DNA of 64,000 nucleotides. Origin: an uncultured Verrucomicrobiae bacterium. Its GTDB lineage: Bacteria; Chlamydiota; Chlamydiia; Chlamydiales; Rhabdochlamydiaceae. Where the stretch lies: assembly GCA_963806855.1 (NCBI GenBank), contig CAWDYW010000001.1, positions 576,001 through 640,000 of the forward strand, given 5' to 3'. The notes beneath the pieces were generated by a model that ran no database searches, had not been told where the DNA came from, and worked only from the letters and a program-made list of their open reading frames with translations. Below, piece by piece: positions 20,653-34,551 of the stretch; within the stretch, counting starts at the first letter, position 1; each line of letters opens with the position of its first letter. A program made the translations under genes and the position numbers.

Positions 20653-20685
20653 AGCTCAAAATAGTACTCTGCAGGAGAGAAAAGC

Positions 20686-22239
20686 TCAAGGACTCTGCAG
20701 CTTTTTTTTAAGATTTTGAATATGGAAATTTATAGCGACATCCCAATACCAATGGGTTTCAAAAAAGGGGTCAGGAATCATGGAAAAAGGGCGAGAAATA
20801 GCTCTGCCAGGACCTATTTCGGTTAATAGGACCCAAACAGCGCCAAAAAAGGGGATTAAAGCTATAGCAGAAGCTCTAAGTCTTTTTAAATCCATCTTAA
20901 GGAGTTCCTCTGCTTTTCTTCTTTTAAGTTCGAGTTCAAGCCATTCGAGATCTTCCTGGGTATTAAAGGCCGTTTCAATGAATTCATCCGTAAACTCAAA
21001 GTCATAATTTTTAGCTCCATGAAGATATGCACCAATGCGCTTGTTCCTACGGGCTAACCGTGGAGGCACTTTGATTGGATCGGCTTGTTTGCCATCCCAA
21101 TGGGTATAGTCTTGTCCAGCCACTCTCCCAAATTTTTCTCTAGCACCTTTTGACAACATTGCTTTTAAGAGAGGTCGGTAATCAAGCCAATCTAATAGGG
21201 CTTTCACTGCAAAAATAGGAGTACACACTAAACCGGCAATTGGAGCGAGCGGTATGGCCAAAATGACTCCTAAAGCCCCGATGACACAGAGAATCCCCAA
21301 TACTGCAATTTCTGTGAGATTTTCCCTGCCCCATATTTTGCTAATGAGGACGATCCTTAGATCATTCTTGAGTTCATCGCTTGCAAACCTAAGTGCCCTT
21401 CCATCTTGTTTTACAGTTGTGAGGACGATCTCTCGATCATTCTTGAGTTCATCCCTTGCATACTGAAGCGCATATCCATTTTGTTGCACAGCTGCGAGGA
21501 CGATCTCTCGATCCTTCCTGAGTTCATCGGAAGCATATTCAAGCGCCGATCCATAATTCGTTACAGCTACCAGGACGATCTCATGATCCTTCTTGAGTTG
21601 ATCACTTGCAAACTGAAGCGCATATCCAGTTTGTTTCACAGCTGCGAGGACGATCTCTCGATCATTCTTGAGTTCATCGGAAGCATATTCAAGAGCCGAT
21701 CCACATTGTTTTACAGCAGTGAAGACGATCTCCCGATCATTCTTGAACTCATCGCTGGCATATTCAAGCGGCGACCCACATTGTTGTACAGCCGCAAGGA
21801 CGATCTCTCGATCATTCTTGAACTCGTCGCCTGCAAATTTAAGCGCCCATCCATCTTGTTGCACAGCCGCAAGGACGATCTCTCGATCATTCTTGAACTC
21901 GTCGCTGGCATAATAAAGCGCCCACCCACGGTGTTGTACAGCCGCAAGGACGATCTCTGGATCTTTCTTAAGCTCATCGCTTGCAAACTGAAGTGCCCTT
22001 CCATCTTGGTTCATAGCTGCGAGGACGATCTCTCGATCATTCTTGAGTTCATCGCTTGCAAACCGAAGTGCCTCTCCATTTTGCTTTATAGCTGCGAGGA
22101 CGATCTCACGATCCTTCTTAAGTTCATCGCTTTCTAATTCCAGCTTTGATCCCATCCTTTTCATGTCAGCAAGGATCTTATCTCTATCTCTCATACATTT
22201 TTCACTTTGTTCTAATTTTAGGTGATCTTCTCTTCTCAA
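20686..22239 (-). CDS. DUF4116-repeat protein with C-terminal hydrophobic domain
   Basis: Ten 25-aa REIVLAAVxxxGxALxxASDELKND repeats followed by a long hydrophobic segment. Confidence 0.88.
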   Translation of the reverse strand: MRREDHLKLEQSEKCMRDRDKILADMKRMGSKLELESDELKKDREIVLAAIKQNGEALRFASDELKNDREIVLAAMNQDGRALQFASDELKKDPEIVLAAVQHRGWALYYASDEFKNDREIVLAAVQQDGWALKFAGDEFKNDREIVLAAVQQCGSPLEYASDEFKNDREIVFTAVKQCGSALEYASDELKNDREIVLAAVKQTGYALQFASDQLKKDHEIVLVAVTNYGSALEYASDELRKDREIVLAAVQQNGYALQYARDELKNDREIVLTTVKQDGRALRFASDELKNDLRIVLISKIWGRENLTEIAVLGILCVIGALGVILAIPLAPIAGLVCTPIFAVKALLDWLDYRPLLKAMLSKGAREKFGRVAGQDYTHWDGKQADPIKVPPRLARRNKRIGAYLHGAKNYDFEFTDEFIETAFNTQEDLEWLELELKRRKAEELLKMDLKRLRASAIALIPFFGAVWVLLTEIGPGRAISRPFSMIPDPFFETHWYWDVAINFHIQNLKKKLQSP

Positions 22240-22245
22240 AAATTT

Positions 22246-24084
22246 TCAGTCGAGTTTATCAGTATAAGCTACAAATTCAGGGTCATCTGCGAAGCAATCA
22301 TCTGCAAATCGAAGAGCATAAGGATATTGCTTCACAGCTGCGAGGACGATCTCTCGATCCTTCTTGAGTTCATCACTTGCAAATCTTAGCGCCTCCCCAT
22401 TTTGCTTTACAGCTGCGAGGACGATCTCTCGATCGTTCTGAAGTTCACCAGTTTCAAACTGAAGCGCCGCCCCATTTTGTTGTACAGCAGCAAGAACGAT
22501 CTCTCGATCCTTCCTAAGTGCATAGCTTACGAACTCAAGAGCCTCTCCATTTTGCTTCACAGCAGCAAGAACGATTTCTCGCTCATTGTTTTCCTGAAAG
22601 CAAAGCCCGGCATAATAAAGCGCTTCAGGGTCTTGCTTCACAGCTGCGAGGACGATCTCTGGATCCTTCCTAAGCTCATCGCTTGGACACTGAAGCGCCC
22701 TTCCATCTTGGTTCACAGCTGCTAGGACGATCTCCCGATCATTCTTAAGTTCATCGCTTGCAAACTGAAGTGCCCTTCCATCTTGGTTCACAGCTGCTTG
22801 GACGATCTCCCGATCATTCTTAAGTTCATCGCTTGCAAACTGAAGTGCCGTTCCATCTTTCTTTACAGCTGCGAGGACGATCTCTCGATCATTCTTGAAC
22901 TCATCACTGACATATTGAAGCTTCGACCCTTCGTATTGCACAGCCGCAAGGACAACCTCTGGATCCTTCTTAAGCTCATCGCTTGCAAAGTGAAGCCAAA
23001 AGACACCTTTTTTCACAGCAGCAAGAACGAGTTCTCGATCATTCTTGAACTCATCACGGGCATGCAACTCAAGGTTATATAAATCAAGCGCATATCCACA
23101 TTGCTTTATAGCTGCGAGGACGATCTCTCGATCACTTTTGAGCTCATCACTGGCATCCTCAAACGCATATACATTTTGTTGCATAGCTGCAAGGACGATC
23201 TCTCGATCATTCCTGAGTTCATCGCTTGCAAACTGAAGTGCCATTCCATATTGCTTCACTGCTGCGAGGACGATTTCTCGATCATTCTTGAGTTCATCGC
23301 TTGCAAACTGAAGTGCGATTCCATAATTCTCTACAGCTGCAAGGACGATCTCACGATCGTTCTTAAGTTCATCGGAAGCATATTCGAGCGTCGTCCCATT
23401 TTGTTGTACAGCTGCAAGGAAGATCTCTCTATCCTTCTTGAGTTCATCGGAAGCATATTCGAGCGTCGCCCCATTTTGTTGTACAGCAGCAAGAACGATT
23501 TCTCGATCATTCTTGAGTTCATCGCTTGCAAACTGAAGCGCCCATCCATAATTCGTTACAGCTGCGAGGACGATCTCTCGATCATTCTTGAACTCATCAC
23601 TGGCATATTCAAGCGCGGATCCATGTTGTTGCACAGCCGCAAGGACTATCTCTCGATCATTCTTGAGTGCGTCGCTTGCAAACTTAAGCGCGGATCCATG
23701 TTGTTGCACAGCCGCAAGGACTATCTCTCGATCATTCTTGAGTGCGTCGCTTGCAAACTTAAGCGCCGCCCCATTTTGTTGTACAGCAGCAAGGAAGATC
23801 TCTCGATCCTTCATGAGTTCATCGCTTGCAAACTGAAGCGCATATACATTTTGCTTTACCGCTGCGAGGGCGATCTCTCGATCCTTCTTGAGTGCATCGC
23901 TGACAAACTGAAGGGCCATTCCAAAATTCTCTACAGCTGCAAGGACGATCTCACGATCGTTCTTAACTTCATCGCTTTCTAACTGTAGCCTTGATCCCAT
24001 CCTTTTCATTTCAGCAAGGATCTTATCTCTATCTCTCATAAATTTTTCACTTTGTTCTAATTTTAGGTGATCTTCTCTTCTCAA
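22246..24084 (-). CDS. DUF4116-repeat protein
   Basis: About 22 repeats of 25 aa (75-bp DNA period); N-terminus shared with the neighbouring gene. Confidence 0.9.
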   Translation of the reverse strand: MRREDHLKLEQSEKFMRDRDKILAEMKRMGSRLQLESDEVKNDREIVLAAVENFGMALQFVSDALKKDREIALAAVKQNVYALQFASDELMKDREIFLAAVQQNGAALKFASDALKNDREIVLAAVQQHGSALKFASDALKNDREIVLAAVQQHGSALEYASDEFKNDREIVLAAVTNYGWALQFASDELKNDREIVLAAVQQNGATLEYASDELKKDREIFLAAVQQNGTTLEYASDELKNDREIVLAAVENYGIALQFASDELKNDREIVLAAVKQYGMALQFASDELRNDREIVLAAMQQNVYAFEDASDELKSDREIVLAAIKQCGYALDLYNLELHARDEFKNDRELVLAAVKKGVFWLHFASDELKKDPEVVLAAVQYEGSKLQYVSDEFKNDREIVLAAVKKDGTALQFASDELKNDREIVQAAVNQDGRALQFASDELKNDREIVLAAVNQDGRALQCPSDELRKDPEIVLAAVKQDPEALYYAGLCFQENNEREIVLAAVKQNGEALEFVSYALRKDREIVLAAVQQNGAALQFETGELQNDREIVLAAVKQNGEALRFASDELKKDREIVLAAVKQYPYALRFADDCFADDPEFVAYTDKLD

Positions 24085-24271
24085 GAGTTTTCAATCGAAT
24101 TTATCATTACTAATATTTTATATCAATACAGAAGATGGTTTGTTAAAGAGTTTGTTTTTCAAAAACATCTCGCTTGTATCAAAAAATGGACTTGTATAAG
24201 ATAATATACTCCTTAAACCGAGTGAATATAGGGGTAGGCAATTCCAAGTTGCTATATTTAGACTTCCTTCG

Positions 24272-24751
24272 ATGACGGGCAATGCTGGGGATCTCTTAGA
24301 AGCAGTCTTGCCAGATCTATCGACTACGATCTATGAAAGGAGGGCGCCTTTAGAAGCCGCTCCCTTAAAAACGGACTGTTTGACTTCAATACACTATCTT
24401 TTCTCGAAGGCATTGGGCATCCATATTCCACTAACTTTTGTAGGGGATATGCCGCGGCAGCTTAGATCTTCTGGATGGGACTTTCATGTAGTTGATATAG
24501 CTGAATTAAGATCAGGGGATCTCCTATTTTTAAAGCGTAAAGAAGAACCTCGGCTGATTATTCATGCCGCATTAGTGTTGAGTGTGGATAGGATCGTCCA
24601 TTGTAAAAGAGATATAGGAATAGTGCTTGAATCGATAGACAGTGTTTTCGAAGTTTATGAGCAACAAATACATGAGGATCAACTCATCTATATCGATTAT
24701 AGAAATGAGGGACTTCGAGAAAAGTATGGCGGATGCTATCTAGAAGTCTAG
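24272..24751 (+). CDS. NlpC/P60-like protein
   Basis: DC motif, SGDLLF, HAAL and VHC in NlpC/P60 order. Confidence 0.65.
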   Translation: MTGNAGDLLEAVLPDLSTTIYERRAPLEAAPLKTDCLTSIHYLFSKALGIHIPLTFVGDMPRQLRSSGWDFHVVDIAELRSGDLLFLKRKEEPRLIIHAALVLSVDRIVHCKRDIGIVLESIDSVFEVYEQQIHEDQLIYIDYRNEGLREKYGGCYLEV

Positions 24752-24763
24752 CAATAGAGAAAT

Positions 24764-27700
24764 TTATACCAACAGCTTCTTCACAGCAGCTTCGAACTCG
24801 GCCGGGTCTGCCACTTTGGGCATCGGATAGTTTTGTCTTTCCACCTCTTTGCCTTTTTGCTTTTCCGCTTTGAAGGTGAATTTCTCGAACTTGAGGAGGG
24901 TATACCCTTTCTGGGCGGCAAAAATCCGAAGCCGGGTCAGGTGGGTTAGCCAAATCACTTGTGGAGGGCAGGGGCCAAACCGGTCTTGCATCTCACGTAG
25001 AAGCTCGTCGGTCTCTTCGTCTGAGGTGGCCTCTCCCAAGCGATGGTAGAGTTCCATCCGGAGCGACTCTTCGCCGATATAGTCTTCTGGCAGTCGGGCG
25101 TCGAAGGCGAACTCCATCTTCGTTTCGATGAAGCTCGGAGCGCACTTCTTCTTCATCGCATCGATCGTCCGTTTGAGCAGTTTGCAGTAGAGGTGGAAGC
25201 CGATTGAGGTGATCTGTCCCGATTGCTTCTCGCCGAGGATGTCGCCGGCGCCGCGGATCTCGAGGTCGCGCATGGCGATTTTCATTCCGCCGCCGTAGCC
25301 TGACGATTCGACGAGGGCATGAAGCCGTTTGCTGGAGATTTCATTCAGCTCACGTCGCTGCGGGACGAGGAAGTAGGCATAGGCGGGACGGTTCCACCGC
25401 CCGACACGGCCTCGCAATTGATACAAGATCTGCCAGCCCAAAGGTGTCGGAGCGGTCGATGAAGATGGTGTTGGCATTGGGGATGTCGATTCCATTTTCG
25501 ACGATTGTCGTCGCCACGAGAATGTCGGCTTCTCCACTTTTGAAGCGGTGGAAGACCTGATCGAGTTCATCGGCCGACATTTGGCCGTGGCCGACGACGA
25601 TGCGGGCTTCGGGCAGCAGTTTTTGGAGCTCTTCGGCGACAAGATCGATGCTCTCGACCCGGTTATGGATGAAGAAGGCTTGCCCATCGCGCGAGAGTTC
25701 GCGGAGGAGCGCATTTTGGATGAGGCTGGGCTCCCGTTCGACGATGAGCGATTTGATGGGAAGGCGGTCTTGCGGCGGGGTATTGATGACCGAGACTTCG
25801 CGGGCGCCGATCAGGGAGAGATATAAGGTGCGGGGAATCGGCGTCGCCGAGAGGGTGAGGCAATCGACGCCGATTTTCAGCTTCTTGAGGTGCTCTTTCG
25901 CTCGGACGCCAAAGCGCTGCTCTTCGTCGATGATGATCAGGCCGAGATCTTTGAAGGAGACGTCGTTGCTGATGATCCGGTGGGTGCCGATCAGAATGTC
26001 GAGGTCGCCGGATTTGGCTTTTTCGATGTTTTCCCGGATCGGTTTTAGGCGGCAGGAAGCGGGAGACGACGCCGATCTTGACAGGGAAGTTGGCCATCCG
26101 CTCGCAGAAAGTCTCGTAGTGCTGCATGGCCAGAACGGTGGTCGGAACGAGGACGGCAACCTGCTTTTTCCCATCGACAACGGCTTTAAAGGCGGCCCGC
26201 ATGGCCACTTCGGTTTTTCCATAGCCCACATCGCCGCAGATCAGCCGGTCCATCGCCTTTTTTGATTGCATATCTTGCTTCGAGGCAGTTATGGCCAGAA
26301 GCTGGTCGTCGGTCTCGACAAAGGGGAAGTCGGTCTCAAAATTGAGCATCATCTCGGAGTCGGGGGGATACTCAAAACCTCCGTGGAGCTCCCGTTCGGC
26401 ATTGAAGCGGAGCATTTCTTCTGCGTAACCGATAATCGCGGTTTGGGCCTGCTGGCGCGCCTTCTGCCACCGCAGGGTCCCCAGTTGGCTTAAGGTAGGG
26501 ATTTCCTCTTTGGCGCCGATGTAGCGGGAGACGAGATAGCTCGAGGCGATCGGGACGAAGAGTTTGCTGCTTTCGGCATATGCGATGACCAAAAATTCCG
26601 ATTCAATCCCGAGATGGTTCTTCTGTTTTTCGATGCCTAGATATTTGCCTATCCCATTGTGAAAATGGACGACGAGATCGCCCGGCTTCAGTTCGTGGAA
26701 CTCGGCTGCTGGCGTATGGTAGGTGCTGCGCCATTTTTGTCGTCTGATCCGCAGCCGCTGGGTCAGCTCGGGCATGGGCAAATAGGCAAGCTGAGCATCG
26801 ACAACGGCAAAACCACTCGAGAGGTAGGCTCGCTCGAAGAGGGTCTTTTCGGGTAGGGTGATCTGGGCGTCTGTGATCATTTGCTTGAGTGTGCCCTCTT
26901 CCGATTCGGTCGCTGTAAGGAAATGGAGCGTTAGGCTGGTGGTTGCATAGCGGCCGATTCCCTGCAAAATCTCCTCGCGCGAAGAAGCGCTGAGCTCTTG
27001 AGAAGGGGAGAAAAAGTCGCTGATCGGCATGAATGGGGTGTTCCACCGCTTCGAATGAATTTTTTGCCCGAAGGCTTCAAATTCGATTGGCTGCAGAGGG
27101 TTTTTGCCACTGTAGAAAGATCGACCGAGTTTTTGTTTGATTTCGACCTCGGAGAGCTCTTCTAATTGTTCTTTGGCCCAGTAGAGCTTAGCCAAGTGTT
27201 TGCTTTGCTGAAATAATTCTTCTATGGTGGAAAAGAAACGGGATTTCGCGCCGGGGAGTCCCTTCAGACTAATATAGCGATCTTCAAGACTCAATAGATC
27301 ATCGAAAACCACGACCGTTTGGGGGCCTAAATAATCAAATAGGGTTGCCAGCTGCTTCTCTTCATCTAAAAGCTTTGGCTCGGAGGCGGGGCAGATGAAG
27401 ATCTGTTTCACCTTTTCGATCGATTTTTGGCCGATTGGATCGAAGGTGCGAATCGAGGCGATCTCATCGCCAAAGAATTCGACCCGAAAGGGCTCAGGAG
27501 CTGAGAGGGGAAAGATATCGAGGATGCCGCTTCGCAGAGCATATTGCCCTTTATCGGCCACCACCGGTTCTTTCCGATAGCCCAGCGCCTTCAAAAATTC
27601 ATCGAGGGCATCGAACGGGATCTCTTCTCCCACTTTCCATAGATTGCAGTTTGGCTTGAGTATTTGAGGGGAGGGGAGTTTCTGTAGGCAGGCCTGCAGC

Positions 27701-28043
27701 GGACTGAGGACAATGCGCGGCTCTTTGCTCGTTAGCAGATGGAAGAGAATTTCAAAACGGCGGCCGACGATATCGGGGCTCGGGGGGATCTCCTCGCCGG
27801 GCAGCGTCTCCCAGGCCGGAAATTCTAAAAAGTGGTTGATCCCAAAATAATCGAGATTGTCGGCGATCCGATTTTCACTCCGGTCAGAAGAGATGATGAG
27901 AATATTCTTCTTCGTCGCTTGAGCTAAGAGGGCGATGAGCGCTGCTTTGGGTCCATCCCACAGCCCTTCGACTGCGAGTGAATGCTCCGTTTTAGCGGCC
28001 TCAAAAAAATGGACAAGCTGAGGGCTTGCGAGTAATTCGGTAA

Positions 28044-28047
<4 letters not shown>
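24764..28047 (-). CDS. mfd: Transcription-repair coupling factor (apparent frameshifts near 26045 and 25425)
   Basis: CGDVGYGKTEVA, IDEEQRFG, QLRGRVGR and RDLEIRGAG spread over three ORFs. Confidence 0.95.
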
Positions 28048-30664
<2,617 letters not shown>

Positions 30665-30752
30665 AGGGCAATAGTTTAACCGCACAGATATTTCCTTGCA
30701 AGATTTTGCTTGAGCGGTAAAAATGTTACTTTTGTAAGATATTGAGGTCAGC

Positions 30753-32741
30753 ATGAACGAAGATGTAAAGAAGCAACTGAGCAAAATCGCCAATACCGTG
30801 CGGCAATTATCGATGGAGGCTGTCCAAAAAGCCGATTCGGGCCACCCGGGATTGCCGATGGGGTGCGCCGAATTCGCCGCCTATTTTTGGGGCCTTGAGC
30901 TGCGACACAATCCAAAAAACCCCAAATGGCTCGGCCGGGACCGGTTCGTCCTTTCTGCTGGCCACGGGTCGATGCTCCTCTATTCGATGCTCCATCTCTC
31001 CGGCTACAACCTCACCATGGATGACATCAAACAATTTCGGCAGCTCCACTCGAAGACACCAGGCCATCCTGAATACCATATGACCGAAGGGGTAGAGGCG
31101 ACCACTGGCCCCCTTGGCCAAGGAGTTGGAAATGCGGTAGGACAGGCCCTCGGACTGAAAATACTCGGCGCCAAATTCAATTCTGCCGATTTCCCTCTCT
31201 TCAATAATAAAGTCTTTTGTTTAGCAGGAGATGGATGCATCATGGAGGGGATCTCCTCTGAAGCCTCCTCGCTTGCAGGCCACCTACAGCTCGATAACTT
31301 AATTCTGATCTATGACTCCAATAAAGTTTGCCTCGACGGGGCCTTGCCCGAGTGCTGCTCCGAAGACACCAAAAAACGGTACGAAGCCTACGGCTGGGAA
31401 ACCTACGAAATCGACGGCTATGACTTCGATCAGATGGAAAAGACATTCGCCCACTTGCGGGCCCATCAGAAGCGGCCCGCCCTCGTCGTCATGCACACCA
31501 TCATTGGAAAAGGGTCTCCCCATAAAGCGGGCACCAGCAAAGCGCACGGCTCTCCGCTTGGCGTTGAAGAAGTAGAAGAGGTAAAGAAACTGCTCGGCCT
31601 TCCCGAAGAAAACTTCCTCGTGCCTCGTTCGATCTACACCTTCTTTGAGCAGCGGCTCGATAAATGCCAAGAGCTGGAGCAAAAATGGAAAGAGCTCTAC
31701 CGCCGTTTCGCCGAACTCAAACCTGATCTGGAGAAAGAGTTTTCCCTCATGGTTGAGAAAAAACTTCCCCCCGATCTCGAGCAAAAATTGCATGATGTCA
31801 AAATCAAAAGCCCGATCGCTGGCCGTTCTGCTTCTCAAGACGTCCTGAATGCCCTCGGCGATATCTTCCCGTTCCTCGTTGGAGGCTCCGCCGATCTTTC
31901 TGGATCAGATCGAACCATGATGACCAAATTCCCTCTCATCGCTCCAGGCAAATTCAATGGCCGCAACATCAAGTATGGTGTCCGCGAATTTGCGATGGCA
32001 GCTGCAGCATCGGGATTGGCTCAAACAGATATGATCCTGCCATTCATCGGCACCTTCCTCACTTTTTCCGATTACATGCGCAATGCGATCCGCCTCGCGT
32101 CGCTCTCTGAGACCCATGTCATCTATCAATTCACCCATGACTCGATTTTCCTCGGCGAAGATGGCCCGACCCACCAACCTGTTGAGCACTACGCCGCTCT
32201 GCGGGTGATCCCCAATCTGCAAGTGATCCGCCCTGCCGATGCCAACGAAGTGAAAATGGCCTGGTTGGCAGCCTTGAAATATCGAGGACCCACAGCTCTG
32301 CTCCTTTCAAGACAGAATTTGCCAACCTTAGATGAGACAAACGTCTCTTACGAAAAAGGAATGGGCAAAGGGGCCTATATTTTGAAGAAAGAAAAAACCA
32401 AACCCGATTTTTGCCTAATCGCAACCGGCTCAGAGGTCTCCCTGGCAATGGATGTGGCCGCCGCCCTGCAACAACGGGACAAATCGGTCCGCGTCGTCTC
32501 CATGCCCTGCTGGAAACTCTTCGAAGAGCAAAGCGATGCTTATAAGCATGAAGTGCTCGGCGGCGATCTTGGCCAAAGAGTCAGCATCGAAGCGGGAGTC
32601 TCCTTCGGTTGGAGCAAGTGGATCGGACCCTTTGGCATCTCGATTGCCATGGACACCTTCGGAGCTTCGGCCCCAATGAGCGATCTGCAAGCAGAGTTCG
32701 GCTTTAACGTCGACGCCATCCTAAACAGGTTATTGGGGTAG
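30753..32741 (+). CDS. tkt: Transketolase
   Basis: SGHPGLPMG, GDGCIMEG, GEDGPTHQP. Confidence 0.97.
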   Translation: MNEDVKKQLSKIANTVRQLSMEAVQKADSGHPGLPMGCAEFAAYFWGLELRHNPKNPKWLGRDRFVLSAGHGSMLLYSMLHLSGYNLTMDDIKQFRQLHSKTPGHPEYHMTEGVEATTGPLGQGVGNAVGQALGLKILGAKFNSADFPLFNNKVFCLAGDGCIMEGISSEASSLAGHLQLDNLILIYDSNKVCLDGALPECCSEDTKKRYEAYGWETYEIDGYDFDQMEKTFAHLRAHQKRPALVVMHTIIGKGSPHKAGTSKAHGSPLGVEEVEEVKKLLGLPEENFLVPRSIYTFFEQRLDKCQELEQKWKELYRRFAELKPDLEKEFSLMVEKKLPPDLEQKLHDVKIKSPIAGRSASQDVLNALGDIFPFLVGGSADLSGSDRTMMTKFPLIAPGKFNGRNIKYGVREFAMAAAASGLAQTDMILPFIGTFLTFSDYMRNAIRLASLSETHVIYQFTHDSIFLGEDGPTHQPVEHYAALRVIPNLQVIRPADANEVKMAWLAALKYRGPTALLLSRQNLPTLDETNVSYEKGMGKGAYILKKEKTKPDFCLIATGSEVSLAMDVAAALQQRDKSVRVVSMPCWKLFEEQSDAYKHEVLGGDLGQRVSIEAGVSFGWSKWIGPFGISIAMDTFGASAPMSDLQAEFGFNVDAILNRLLG

Positions 32742-32751
32742 AGCTTTTTCA

Positions 32752-32817
32752 ACGCAAAGGCGCCAAGACGCAAAGAAAAGAAAAATTACTTTTTTTTGCG
32801 TCTTGGCGCCTTTGCGT
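32752..32817. terminator. 23-bp perfect inverted repeat between convergent genes (terminator/REP-like)
   Basis: ACGCAAAGGCGCCAAGACGCAAA ... TTTGCGTCTTGGCGCCTTTGCGT. Confidence 0.65.
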
Positions 32818-32826
32818 CTTTGCGTT

Positions 32827-33915
32827 CTAAACAGTCGCCATCATCTCAGCCGTTTGCCAGCTTTTGATCGCGTCGGTCAGGCGGGTCAGGTGGTCGGGCA
32901 TATGGCAGATATTGAGGGCGATCTGAATGCGACGCTTTTCTCCCATGACCACAATTTGCTCTTGCAGCAAGAAGGCCATCAGCCGATCACAATCCTCAAT
33001 GCTCTTCATCTCGAATGAAATCAGCGGAGTGTTGCATTTTGGCAGCTCGAATCCCATCGCACGCAGAGAGCACTTTAGCCAATGAGATCGCTGCTCGAGT
33101 TGTTTTCGTTCTCCCTCCATTTGAGGAAGGAGATCGAGTGCCATTTCAATGGCCCCGATGATTGGGGGAGATAAGAGAGCGTTTGCAGAGAGATGATTAA
33201 GGAGATAATCGCGAATCGTTTCGTTGCAAGCGATGTACCCTCCGTAGGCGCCACAGGTCTTGCCAAAGGAGCCCGAGATAATATCCACTTCTCTATGATG
33301 CGCGCAGAGCCCCATTCCATCGACGCCTGCCACACCAAATGCGTGGGAATCATCGACATAGAGCAGTGCGTCATAGTGCTCTGCCAGTTCACAGATCATC
33401 GACAGATTGGAGACCGATCCATCGGAGCTAAATACTGATTCGGTGACGATGATTTTAGTGGGGGTGTTGACCTCATCTAATAACCGCTCGAGTTGATCCG
33501 GGCGATAACGGCGTGCACGACTCGGAATTAAACTTTGATGGCATTTCTCATCGACAAAAATGCTTGCCCCCTCATGACAGATCGCCGCCAGTGCCGTCTG
33601 ATTTGCCTCTTCGCGGGAGGCAAAAAAAAGGGCAGCTTCTCTTCGGAGCAGTTCGCTCAATTTCTCTTCGAGATCGTGCTGACAGGTCAAATAGAAATCG
33701 CCCGATTCAGAAAAGGGGCAGATCCCATTCTGCAGTAAATATTTAATCGCATTTTTTTTGACCGCAGGGTTGTCGGCGAGGGCCAAATGGTCATAGGAGC
33801 AAAAACTGAGGAGCTTCTGGTCTTCATGGAGGATAAATGCGCCATTGATCGGAGTCATCGTCTTCAAATTGCGCAAGGGTTTTTCGACTGCATATCCTAA
33901 ATATTTACTACTCAT
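32827..33915 (-). CDS. Class II PLP aminotransferase, 8-amino-7-oxononanoate synthase-like
   Basis: ESVFSSDG, VDDSHAFGVAG, GSFGKTCG; BioF-like but divergent. Confidence 0.8.
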   Translation of the reverse strand: MSSKYLGYAVEKPLRNLKTMTPINGAFILHEDQKLLSFCSYDHLALADNPAVKKNAIKYLLQNGICPFSESGDFYLTCQHDLEEKLSELLRREAALFFASREEANQTALAAICHEGASIFVDEKCHQSLIPSRARRYRPDQLERLLDEVNTPTKIIVTESVFSSDGSVSNLSMICELAEHYDALLYVDDSHAFGVAGVDGMGLCAHHREVDIISGSFGKTCGAYGGYIACNETIRDYLLNHLSANALLSPPIIGAIEMALDLLPQMEGERKQLEQRSHWLKCSLRAMGFELPKCNTPLISFEMKSIEDCDRLMAFLLQEQIVVMGEKRRIQIALNICHMPDHLTRLTDAIKSWQTAEMMATV

Positions 33916-34050
33916 CCGGCTCACCCAAAAAAAGAAAGATGGTGTCATAAATAGATTTTATCCGCAATCGCGCTTTTCTTTTTTTGATGACCTTTGGTAT
34001 AATTTTATGGCAACAAATCGGAAATTCTTCCGATAGGAGGGTTAGCAATC

Positions 34051-34545
34051 ATGCAGGTACCTGAGATTCAAGCCCCCACCTCAGCTCCCGACACATCTCC
34101 TTGCTTCAGAGTGCTCGTTGTTGAAGATGAAGCTACACCTCGTCGGCTAATTGAAAAGTGGTGCAATCCAATTTTAGCTAAAAGTAAATTCGGTCATTTA
34201 ATTGATTATAAAACAACGTGTGATGAGGGATGGGCCTGCGCACAAGAAAGGCCATACAATTTTTATATCATAGATGGGCAAACGCCAGGAAAACTGAATG
34301 GACCTGAGGTTTGCCAAAAGATTCTTGAGCTATACCCTGAACAAATACTGCAACAGAATGCCCAGGTGATCTTATATACTGCTATGAAACCATCTGAGAT
34401 TGAAAAAACCGGTCTTTCTAAAAAGGTTAAGGTCATTCCTAAGCAGCAAGTCCAGACGCTTGTTAGTGAATTAGAGGATCGGGTAAGGCTTTTCGAAAGC
34501 ACGCTGGCGAGTCGAAAGAACTCAGCTGATGCTCAACTAGGCTGA
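34051..34545 (+). CDS. Single-domain response-regulator receiver-like protein
   Basis: VLVVEDE, IIDG, LNGPE, YTA and IPK receiver motifs. Confidence 0.7.
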   Translation: MQVPEIQAPTSAPDTSPCFRVLVVEDEATPRRLIEKWCNPILAKSKFGHLIDYKTTCDEGWACAQERPYNFYIIDGQTPGKLNGPEVCQKILELYPEQILQQNAQVILYTAMKPSEIEKTGLSKKVKVIPKQQVQTLVSELEDRVRLFESTLASRKNSADAQLG

Positions 34546-34551
34546 ATTTTT

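Noticed and set aside
21330..23990. CRISPR array or antisense genes in the 75-bp repeats
   Set aside because: The repeats are contiguous coding units without unique spacers and no cas genes are present; the plus-strand ORFs are shadows.
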